64,000 nucleotides of DNA from a virus, in the IMG/VR virus record IMGVR_UViG_3300031237_000251; one strand, written 5' to 3'. Shown here one piece after another: positions 8,073 to 18,200 of this stretch (positions are counted from its first letter, which is position 1; every line of letters starts with the position of its first letter). The position numbers and the translations under genes were made by a program. The notes under the pieces were generated by a model, which was given only the letters and a program-made list of their open reading frames with translations, was not told where the DNA came from and made no database searches.

Positions 8073-9578
8073 CTAGGTCAATGCTGGGATTGCCTTGATA
8101 GGCGCCCTGACGAGCAGCTCTGTTCCCCCCAGTCGGAAGTGGTCGATGGTCTCCAGAAGCTTGCTGGCCGTCTCGAGCAGTTCGCCGGCCAGTTGGCGGT
8201 TCGACTCGATCGCGTCATTGCTGGCGACCTGGGACTGGTTCATGAGCACGGCCGCATCGCCCAGCGCCTCGATATCGGCATGCTGTTGCTGGGACGTCCG
8301 GTCGATTTCCTGCATACGCTCGGCAACCTTGCGAAAGGCGGCCAGGATTTCCTGCATGATCTGCACCGAGTTGCGGGTCTGCTCCAGCCCGCCACTCACG
8401 CTATGCTCGGCGGTAGAGACCAGATCCCGTATCTGTCGGGCGATCTCGGTCGTGCGACCGGCTAGGGAACGCACCTCTCCAGCGACGACGGCAAAGCCCC
8501 TACCCTGCTCACCCGCCCGCGAGGCCTCGATGGCTGCGTTCAATGCCAGCAGGCTGGTCTGGGTGGTGATTTCGTCGATGCTGCCGAGCAGGCCGGCGAT
8601 GGACTGGGTATGCCGAGCAATGTCGCCGATAACGCTTTCCAGCGCATCGATGGTTTCCATCCCATTGCCGGCACGCTGTTCTATGGTGGCAGTGAGCTGG
8701 TTGGTCTGACGCACTTGCTCGCCGGCCAGACGGGTCGCTTCGCGAAGGTGCTGGCTACCCTCGGCGATGCGCTGGATCTGCAGGGCGTTCTGACTAGCCT
8801 GATCGGCAAGCTCGCTCTGGCTTGAACTCAATCGCCGACTGCCATCGCTGACTTGGCGCGCCACCTGCTGCGCTTGTTGCAAAGTGGCGCTCAGGTATTC
8901 CTGCATGCCGGCAAGCGCCGCCAGAGCTGGCCGCTGACGCTGCGCCTGGGGAATCTCAACGGCCAGGTCGCCCTCGCGTGCGCTCAGCGCAAACTCGGTG
9001 ACCGATAGGCCATCCCCGACCACGCCCTTCAGCACACGGCTCAGGTAGGCCAGTACCGCAGCCTGGGCAACCACCGCTCCGGCATGCATCAGCAAGCAAT
9101 GCACCAGTGCCGTCTTCAGGGAGTGGCCCGAGTGGTCGCCGCCTAGAGCGTAGATTTCCACCAGCCCATAGTCCTGCAACACGGTGAACAGTATGTGATG
9201 CACCGCGATGAACAGGGCGCCGATCAGGATCACTCGCCAGTCGGCATAGAGAATCAACGCGGAGAGCAGGATGAAGATGCTGAAATGCGCTTCGATCTGA
9301 CCATCGCTCAGGTCGATGAGCAGCGCCGAAGCGGTCATCATCAGGACGGCCATAGTGGCCGAACTAAGCAAGGTGCCGGGGTACTTGCGCATCAGCAGAT
9401 AGCTCGTCGTCCCGGCCAGCAGGACGATGAGAGAGGCCTCCAGCCAGCGTCCCTGGAAGATGCCAACGGCCATGCAGAGCAGCAGCATGGCCAGTGCCGG
9501 AAGCCATTCAAGGCGGTCAATGCGAGCACGATAAGCTTGGAACGTATCGGATGACGAACTCTTAACTCTAGGATTCAT
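8073..9578 (-). CDS. Methyl-accepting chemotaxis protein with an integral-membrane sensor region (MCP1)
   Basis: Signalling tip QTSLLALNAAIEASRAGEQGRGFAVVAGEVRSLA; 5-6 N-terminal TMs with EAHF...YADWR...AVHH motif. Confidence 0.92.
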   Translation of the reverse strand: MNPRVKSSSSDTFQAYRARIDRLEWLPALAMLLLCMAVGIFQGRWLEASLIVLLAGTTSYLLMRKYPGTLLSSATMAVLMMTASALLIDLSDGQIEAHFSIFILLSALILYADWRVILIGALFIAVHHILFTVLQDYGLVEIYALGGDHSGHSLKTALVHCLLMHAGAVVAQAAVLAYLSRVLKGVVGDGLSVTEFALSAREGDLAVEIPQAQRQRPALAALAGMQEYLSATLQQAQQVARQVSDGSRRLSSSQSELADQASQNALQIQRIAEGSQHLREATRLAGEQVRQTNQLTATIEQRAGNGMETIDALESVIGDIARHTQSIAGLLGSIDEITTQTSLLALNAAIEASRAGEQGRGFAVVAGEVRSLAGRTTEIARQIRDLVSTAEHSVSGGLEQTRNSVQIMQEILAAFRKVAERMQEIDRTSQQQHADIEALGDAAVLMNQSQVASNDAIESNRQLAGELLETASKLLETIDHFRLGGTELLVRAPIKAIPALT

Positions 9579-9962
9579 AAGAACATTCGCGGTCTGATGT
9601 GATAAAGGCAGGTTGTCTGCTCGGTTATCGAAGCCATAGCCGGACGGGCAACTGTCATAATGATGTCACAAAGACACTATCTCAGTGCATATCCCTGCAC
9701 CCCATTGGGGCATAAGCCAAAACAAGCCAATCAGACCGACGGCGAGCGAGACCAGCCTCGGCTTACCGTATGGACTGCACTCAGCTAGCAGCCACGCACT
9801 TTGGCCTCTAGGCTATCGCCCCCTCCGCAAGGGGCTCGTCCATATGGCAACAAACTCCCCCCAACCTCCTTTAGTCATATGCCACGGTAATGGCGATTAG
9901 CCATGTTAGGATGACTCCGACGTGTTTTTCTTGGCCGTCAAATACGTTGCGTGAAAAGGGGG

Positions 9963-9992
9963 TAGGCTCCGGTGCCCCCAACACCGGGGCCT
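9963..9992. other. Strong hairpin downstream of the giant gene
   Basis: TAGGCTCCGGTG-N6-CACCGGGGCCTA. Confidence 0.45.
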
Positions 9993-10091
9993 ATTCATTC
10001 CACTCGCCGCACCTCCAGTACCCAACCAGGCAGCCTGGCCGAAATCACCCTGTAAAGCCCCTCCTCGCTCCTCGCTTCATTCCCTTCGCTT

Positions 10092-12280
10092 TCACAAAGC
10101 CCCCTGCAGATATCCCAGCCGGCTATCCAGTGCCAAGCCGCCCTTCGTCCGCTCATCCCGCTGGGCGCGGGCCTTCATGGACAGCAGGAAGGTTCTGCCG
10201 GTGATGGCCACCGTTGGGAACCGCCGGTTGAAGTCGGCGATCTTGGCCTGGAGCGCCTGGCGCGACTCGGTGTCGCCGGCCTTGGTCGCCATGGCGTACC
10301 GGTTCAGCAGTCGGCGCCTCTCGCTGAGGATCTTCTGCTCTGCGTTCTTGAGCGCATTGTTGCGGTCGTACTGCTCGGTGATATGGGCCGGGGTAAAGCC
10401 CATCGCCTGCGACAGCACGTTCCACATCGTCACCTCGTCCACCAGCGCATCGCCAGCCATGGTCTGCACGCCCTCGCTGGCATAGCGGCCCGAGCGCATC
10501 GCGTCCTTGACCGCCTTCGGCATCATGGTTTCCAGGCCGCGCCAGACATGCCCCTCACCGATCTGCTTCATGCCGGTGAAGGCATTGCCGACCATCGCCG
10601 GAGCGGCGCCCAGGGCCTGCTCCATCCAGTAGTAGTAGGCGTCCTGCCCCTCCAGCTCGCGACTGGGCGAGTAGAACCACAGGTTCCCCATCCCCAGGCG
10701 ATCGGTCAGCGAGATATCCAGCGCCGCCCCGGGCACGCCGCCCAGGATCACCCGGGAGAGATCCGGCCCGAGCGTCTCGGCGAGGGTCCGCTTGATCTTG
10801 TCCTCCGCGGTCCACTCGTCGTCATCGTCCAGGGCATTGAGCAGCAGCAGGATGGTCTGCATCCCCGGAACGCCCATGACGCCCGCGAACAGGGCGAACA
10901 TGGAGAAGATCCCGGCCAGCCGGCGGCGCGCGGCGTTCTTCACCTGGGCGCTCTCGCCCTTCATGGCATCCTTGAGGTCGATCACCAGGCGCGACAGCAT
11001 GTTGATCGAATACTGCCGGAACACGAACAGCACCTTGGCCGTGTCGTTCTGCAGGTACCGGGCTCGGTTGCCGCTCGAGTAATCGAAGTGGGTGGTCCAC
11101 GTCAGGTCGGCCGCCTCCTTGATCGCAGCCTCATGGCTCAGGCCGCTTTCCCGAGCCATCCGGTACGCCGCCATGGCGGTGACTTCCCGGTTGTAGCGCT
11201 CGGCGTTGTGGAAGCCCCAGCTGATGTAGCCCATCACCTTCTGCCGCAGCGGGTTGTACTCCACCCCCGTCTCGCCGACGCCGGCCAGGTCGTGCGCCTG
11301 GGTCTTGTCGATCAGGCCCATGCGCAGGAACTCGGCGAAGGCCTTGGCCTCGTCGCCCTCCAGCTTGTTCTCGATGTGCCCGCGGCCGGTCACGAAGTCC
11401 GCAGAGGCCTTGGTCAGCGCCGCCAGGGCCTTCGCCTCGCTGCCGAAGCGGGTGCCGAGGATCGGGATACCCATCATCCACGTCTGCGTGGTGTTCACCA
11501 GGGCGGCCGCCGGCGTGATGCCAAGCTGGTAGATGAACGCGGCGCTGGTGATGCGCTGGGCGAGCTTGCTGCCCTTCGGCGCCATCACCCACTCGTGCCG
11601 CTGACGCATCTCGTTGGCGATGGTCATGGCATCCACCGGGTCGGCCGCGTCCTTGGCTTGCTCTTCCATCTGGTCGACCAGATCGCCCATTTCAAGCGAG
11701 TGCTTCAAGCGGGCGATCTGGTAGGACGAGTGGAACATGGAGGATGCGAAGGACCGCAGTGCGTCGCGGCTGAAGCCGGCGACCTTCTTCCGGTGGATGA
11801 AGCCTTTGCGCATTGAGTAATCGGGCAGCGTGTCGAGGTACAGCTGCCAGATCTGATCACCCAGCTCCTGGGCATTCGGCTGCTCGGCCACCAGCTCCTG
11901 CAGGTCCGAGACGAATCCCGGGTCGACGGCGCCGACGAGCTGCTGCTTCATCGACTGGCGCCCGACCTTCACCTCCAGGCCCGGGTAGGTCTTGCGCAGC
12001 TCCTCGGCAGCGGCCTCCATGGCGGCGGCGTTCTCGAACATGCTGAACGACACCAGCTTGTTGCCGTCGCGCAGCGCCACGAAGTAGTCGCCGAAGCGCT
12101 TGAGCGGGAAATAGGGCTCATCCACCCGCATGCTCTCAAACCGCTTGCGCAGCAACAGGATCTTGGCGCTGTTGCCGTTCTCGGCCGCCGCCACGCGACG
12201 CGCGTAGCGTTTCTCGGCCGTCTCGATAGCCTCGTCCAGATCCTCGCCGGTCAGCTCGTCGCGGGCCTCCTCGATCGCGG
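10092..12280 (-). CDS. C-terminal part (PLxRFG / LPD-type) of the giant polyvalent virion protein, in a shifted frame
   Basis: YFPLKRFGDY motif; no credible start of its own; continues 12136-21033 across a frameshift. Confidence 0.8.
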
Positions 12281-15200
12281 CGCGCGCGCCGCTTGGCGAA
12301 CTCGGCGCTCTTGCGGATGTTCTCCTCGATGACACGTTCCAGCAGGCCGATCTGCCCCCGGTAGGCGTCCCGCGCCTCGTTGAACATGGCCCGGTGCCCT
12401 TCCGGCAGCGCCTCGTACTGTGCCCGCAGGCGGTCGTACTCCGGCCGCTGGTCGGGGTTGTACCGGCTGCCGAACGGCTTGCTAGGGTCGATGCCGGCCA
12501 GGGTGGCGGCGTGCATCAGGTCCGACAGGGCGTGCTCGGCCTGGCGATCGGTCCACCGCAGCTTGAGCCAGCGCTGGGCGATCGCGTCGTACTCGGTGTG
12601 CAGCTCGTTGCGGTCGGCATCCATGGCGCGCTTCTGTTCCAGATACTGATCCAGGGCGGTCATGCTCTTGGGCGCGAAGTCGCGCAGGTAGGAAAGCGGC
12701 AAGGCTCCCAGCAGCGCAGGTTTCAGGTCGGATAGCTTGCCGCGCAGGCCTCGGGCGATGTTGCGCTTCTCCAGCTGGAACGGCGCTTTGCCGCCGATCC
12801 AGTCCGGGGTGAAGTCGGCCAGGCGGAACCGGGTGTCGGTATTGACATCGACCATTTCTGCGTCATTCTTGTCAGTACCTTCCGTGTCGTGCGGGCTGCC
12901 ACTCCTTGAAGTGTCCCGTTGCGTGCCGGAGGTCGAGAGGTCAGCGCCCATGGTTCCCTGGGCAGGCGTAGGGGAATCATGCGTAGGGGTATGCGCACCG
13001 GAACCGGCCATGCCCGCATCTGGCCTCATCACCCAACCAGTTACCAGCCACGGATTGCTGCCCGCTTTCCGGGTGAGAATCGCCTCGGTTTCCCTGTAGC
13101 GGATCTTTGCCGTCTGGCTGCCATTCATTTCCTCCCGCTTGATCTCCTGGCCCCGGGCAATCGTCTCAATGATCTGGTCTAGCAGATGGCTTACCTCTGG
13201 CTCGGTCATTTTATCTTTGCGCTGGCGGGCCTCGAAAATGTGCGACAACCCCATTGCGCCGGCAGTCTTGCCCGATGGCTTAACCCGGCCCGTACTGCCC
13301 CATACAAAGTCCAGCCAGCCAAGCCCGTTGCGGAACATGGCACGATGCACGCTGGTCTTGTCCATCACGGCATGCGCCAGAGCCTCGCGGCCTCGCCGGA
13401 TGTTGGCCTCCACGCTCTTCATGGCGGACAGGGAATAGCGCACGCGATCGCTGTCGTCGAAGGTGCCGATATTGGCTACCGCCTTCACGTCCTTGCCATC
13501 GAAGGCAACCGCCCAATTCAGCCCCTTGATCCAGAGGCCGTCATAACCATCGGCCTGCAGCTGCTCGCGGTAGGTGCGCACTCGCTCCGGTGACCAGTCG
13601 CCCATGGCCTCGAACTGCATCATGTTCAACGTCTTGGGCTTCACCATCTTGATGAAGAAGCGCTCGACGAACGGGCCGTAGCGCTCCACGTTGCCCACGT
13701 CGCGGGTAGCGAAGAAATGCCCCAACTGGGCCGTAGCGGTCCCGGTCTTGCCACCCAGGCGGGCATTGGAGAAGCGCTCGCGCGGGTCGAAGCTGCGGTG
13801 ATAGAACGGGACTGGGGTGCCATCCTTGGTCCGCATCTTCGAGTCGCCGAACCAATGGCGGAAAAAGGCCGACTCGGTGCCCTGGCTGTCGTAGAGCGCG
13901 CGGGCGAAGTCTTCCAGTTGCTTGCCGTTGATTTCGGCGCCGACCTCGGGAAGAGGCAGGGCCTCGGCGACTATGTCGCGGCGATAGCGCGAGTCAGACC
14001 CATTGCCATCCGGCAGGTTTCGGCCTTGCCGAATTCCCTTGGCGATGACCTCAACCTCACGCAACAGCTCTTCGCGGGTCAGGATGCCGCGCTTCTTGAG
14101 GCCAACAAGGCGCAGAAGGCGCGTCAGCACCAGGCGCAGCTTGTCGACGATCCGCAATGCCGTGCTGCGCTCCAGCTCGGCGATGTGCGCGAACACTTCC
14201 TCGGCCTGCACCAGCCTGCTCTTGTCGGAGTAGATGCGCTCCACATACTCCCAGGTCGATTTCAGGCTGGGCTCATTGCGGCTGTCTAGGATTCTCTGGA
14301 GAAAAGCCTCCTTATCAGCCGCCTTAAACGCATCCAGACCGAAGTGTCCGAGTATCTCGTGGCGTATGGTTTCTCGTGCATCGGTGGTATCCGACAGATG
14401 ATCGGCGGCAAGGGTAAAAACTCCTCGTCCTGGGTGGTAGGCTCCCTTGACGACTCCGATTCGATCGATGGTTCCCTTGGGTCCGTACAGTTCAAACTGA
14501 GTCTTCCTAATCAACGGGGTCAGCGGAATATTGCCATTGTAATCGGCAAGAAACTGCTGCCAGACGGCTTCGGCTTCCGCCACGCTGATCGGATTCTTCG
14601 GCACATTGCCGATAACCACGCTGGACGGCGACAGGCCGGCGCGGGAATAGCGCGCATCCGCCGACTCGTCCTCGGGCGTGGCCGTGACCGGATCTCCCTT
14701 GGGCTTGTCGATAACCACCATGCGCGCATTGACGCCGGTATTGACCGGCAGCGCCGGATCCGTGAAGGAGCCCTCCGGCAACCTCTCGCTGGTAGCACCC
14801 AGGTCATCCAGCCAGGCACGGAAGCTCTCTGCACCCTTGTTGCTCTGGAAGAAAGCCCCCTCCCCCATGATCGCCACCAGCCGGCCGCCCGGCCTCAACA
14901 GCCCATAGGCGTGCATGACGTGCTGAATGTCTCGCCCCTTGGAGAACGGCGGGTTCATGATGATGCGGTCGTAGCCGCTCCAGGAGCCGCGTTGCTCGAC
15001 TCCGGTCAGGTCTTCGCGGTCGTACCAGCCCAGCATGCGGCCCTCACTGCCGTCCTCATTGACGGCATGGAGGCTGGCTCGCCCACTCCAGGCCGGGCCG
15101 CCGTGCATGATGCCCTCGGTACCATCCGAAGCACGGAACACGTCCCCGTAGGTAAAGAACTCGCGCGGCTCTATGGCCATGAAGTCGTCGCCGGCCAGGT

Positions 15201-18200
15201 GATACCCCTTGGCCTCCAGCAGCTCGCGGCGCTCGCCGGACAGCTCCACCACATCCGGCTCCACACCGGTCTTCTCGCGGATCGCGTCGGCGATGTGGCC
15301 CATGCCGGCGGATGGCTCCAGTACCGCCATGCCTGGCTCGATCTCGGCCGCGTCCAGCATGCTGTCCACCACCGCCTCGCTGGTCGGGAAGAAGTCCAGG
15401 CCATCGGCGCGGCGACCGATCATCGCCCGCTCCATTTCCCTGATCTTGTCCGGGGTGGCCATCGCCTCCTGAATGCCGGCGAACTCGCGCAGCGCGGCGC
15501 GGTATTCGCTGGCGGTGAAGATGCCCATACCCTCCAGGCGCTTGCGCTTCTCGTAGGCCGACTCCAGCGCCCACGGCAGTTTGATCTTGCCGTTCGCACG
15601 GCGGCCGATGGCCTCGACCATTTCGCGGCCGAAATCGGCGTTCAGGGTGATGCGCTTGTCGCCATCGCCGGCCCACAGGCCCAGCTTCATGGCCTCGCTG
15701 GGCGACAGGATGACGCGGTTCACGCCGCGCTTGATCGGCAACACGATGGCCTTGTCGGTGATGCCCGAGCGGCGAATGGCGCGCTCGGCATCGTCACGGC
15801 TGCGAAACTCGGCCAGCTCTCCGGCACGGCCGAAGCGGCTGACCTCGAGTAGGTTCTGCTTGGCCCAGTCGGTGTATGCCTCGGTCACGTCATCGGCGAC
15901 GCTCATCAGGCGCGCGCCGAGCTTCTTGGTGCCGTCCACCTCGAGCATCTGACGGGCTATGCCGGCTAGGTCCGAGCGCATGGCGGTGTAGCTCGGGAAG
16001 GTCGCGTGGTCCACGGTTTCCGCGTCCACCGGCTCACCCCGGTGCCGTTCCTGATCGGCATAGCTCTGGTACTTCGCACGGATCTGCGCGTCCTTGGCGT
16101 TGCGCAGCTCGCGCGCCAGAAACTCCACCTGCACCTTCTGCCGGACAGTGTCCAGGTACTTGGCCTTGCCGCCCTCGATGGCATCGGCCAGGTTGCTCAT
16201 GGTGCCAGCCAGCGCCTTGTCGGCGCGCGCAGCTGCTTCGGCGTTGCTGGCCATGCGAGCTCGGCGTGCGGTATTGGCCTTGCGCTCCACTGCCAGAGAG
16301 GCGTCGGCGCGCTCGTTCAGTGCATCCGCCATGGTGCGCAGACGCTGAACTGCGCTCTGGCTGCGGTCATCGTCGAAGGCATCGCGGCGAGCCTGCACCA
16401 CGGCTTGAGCGTCTGCAGCATCGCCGGCCACCAGCTTGCTGAAGGCGTCAGCCGCTTCCCGGGTGCGAAACTGGAAGCCAGGCACTGCGCCGTTTCCGCG
16501 ATAACTGCTGTAGCTGCCCCCCATGCGCTTCGCCGAGGCGTTCAGGGTGTCGTAGTCCTCGCGACTCACCCGCTCGGCCAGTTGCACCACGAACAGGTCA
16601 TGCCCGTGCTTGGTGTGCTTCGTCTCGATCACCTGCCCGGTGGTCAGCTGGCCGGCGGTGGCCACCTGCGCACGCTGCCTGGCCTTGGCCTGCTCGCGCT
16701 GGGTCTTGGTGCTGTCGGCTTCCAGCTCGTCGTAGCGCTGACGCTGCTCGGGGGTTAGGCGCAGATACGCCTGCTGCCGGGTTTCTCCGTTGGCCTCCAT
16801 GTAATGGCTGATCGCCGAACGGAAGTCGGACAGGCTTTGCGGGTCGTTGATGGCCTTCTGCGTGGCCTCTTTGCGGGCGGCCGACTCGGCGCGCGCTTCG
16901 GCAATCTCCTTGGCGTAGGCCTGGATGTCAGCATCGGTGGTGTTGGCCACCAGCTCGCGCAGCGCAGCGTCCTGGGCCTTACGGTGCGCAGCCAGTCCGG
17001 CAGCGCTCATCACGAAGCTGCTCGAACCATAGCTGCGGCCCAGCGCGTACTCATCCAGGATGCGACCGACCAGCGCCTCGATAATCTCGGCCTTCTTATC
17101 GTCGCGGTAGCGGTGATAGAAGCTGTATCCCCCCGAGCGCAGCAGGTCGTCCTTCTTCATGGTGTTCAGCTCAGCGGTGATCGCCTCGCGACTGGATTCG
17201 GCGCGCTCGAAAGACGCTTTGAACTCGTCAGCCTTAGCCTCACCGCTGCGCACGCGTTTCATCAGGGCGACATGCGCATCCAAAGTCGGGGTCTTCGAAT
17301 CACTGGCCTTGGCCGGCGCAGCGGTTTCGGCTGGAGGCGTCGTGGCAGGCTCTTCCGTGGCCTGGGCGGCATTCTCGGCACGCACTGCGTCCACGAGCTC
17401 GCGCACGCGGCGCTTGGATGCAGGCACGCTCATGCCGCGCTCACGGAACAGGGCTGCCAGGTCGAACTTGTCGTCGGTCAGCACGCTGCCATCGGTGGGC
17501 GCCAGCTTGATGCTGGTCGGGTAACCGTCGCGGCCGAGGTTCACGCCGGCCAGGTTCGCGGTCTTGGTGATCGCCACCGGCTCGCCGCCCTTCTTCCACG
17601 ACAGGATCTTACGCATCAGGCGGCGGTCGCTGTCCTCCTTGTGCTGCGCCTTGTCCTGCCGGGCCCTCTCTGTGGCAGTCTGATCGGCGGCCTTTTGCTC
17701 GTCGGTTCGCGCATCCAGAACGGCCTGGCGCACCCGGTCCTGGTTCGCCTTCTGCCAGCTCACGAAGGTATCGATGGCGCGATCCAAGGCGTTGTTGCGG
17801 TTGGCCGCCTGCTTGCTATTCAACCCAGAGCGCCCGGCTACGAAGCCGCTATAGGTGCCGGCACGGATATTCATCAGGCGACGGTACTGTTGCAGGTACT
17901 CCTCGCGCAATGCAGTGACGGCCTGCTCGGCAGCGGCCTTCTGCGCATCGGTGTGGGCGATGGCCATGCCGGCATCGCGCGCCACGTCGATGTAGGTGTT
18001 GAACTCGTCGGCATCCGCCTTGGCGCGGCTGTTTCCATTGTGCGAGATGCCGGAGTAGCTGGCGGCGGCCTCATTCAGCGGAAACTCAGCGATTGATTGC
18101 GCTTCCGGCGTTGCAACACGATCCACCGGGCCAGCCTTCAGGTCTCGAGCATCCGGCGGCGTGGCATGGGTGCGCTCGTGCTCGTTCGGCACGTCCACCC

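Noticed and set aside
9579-9660. Sigma28 promoter for MCP1
   Set aside because: Only a -10-like TTCGATAA is present, with no TCAAG/TAAAG at the correct spacing.
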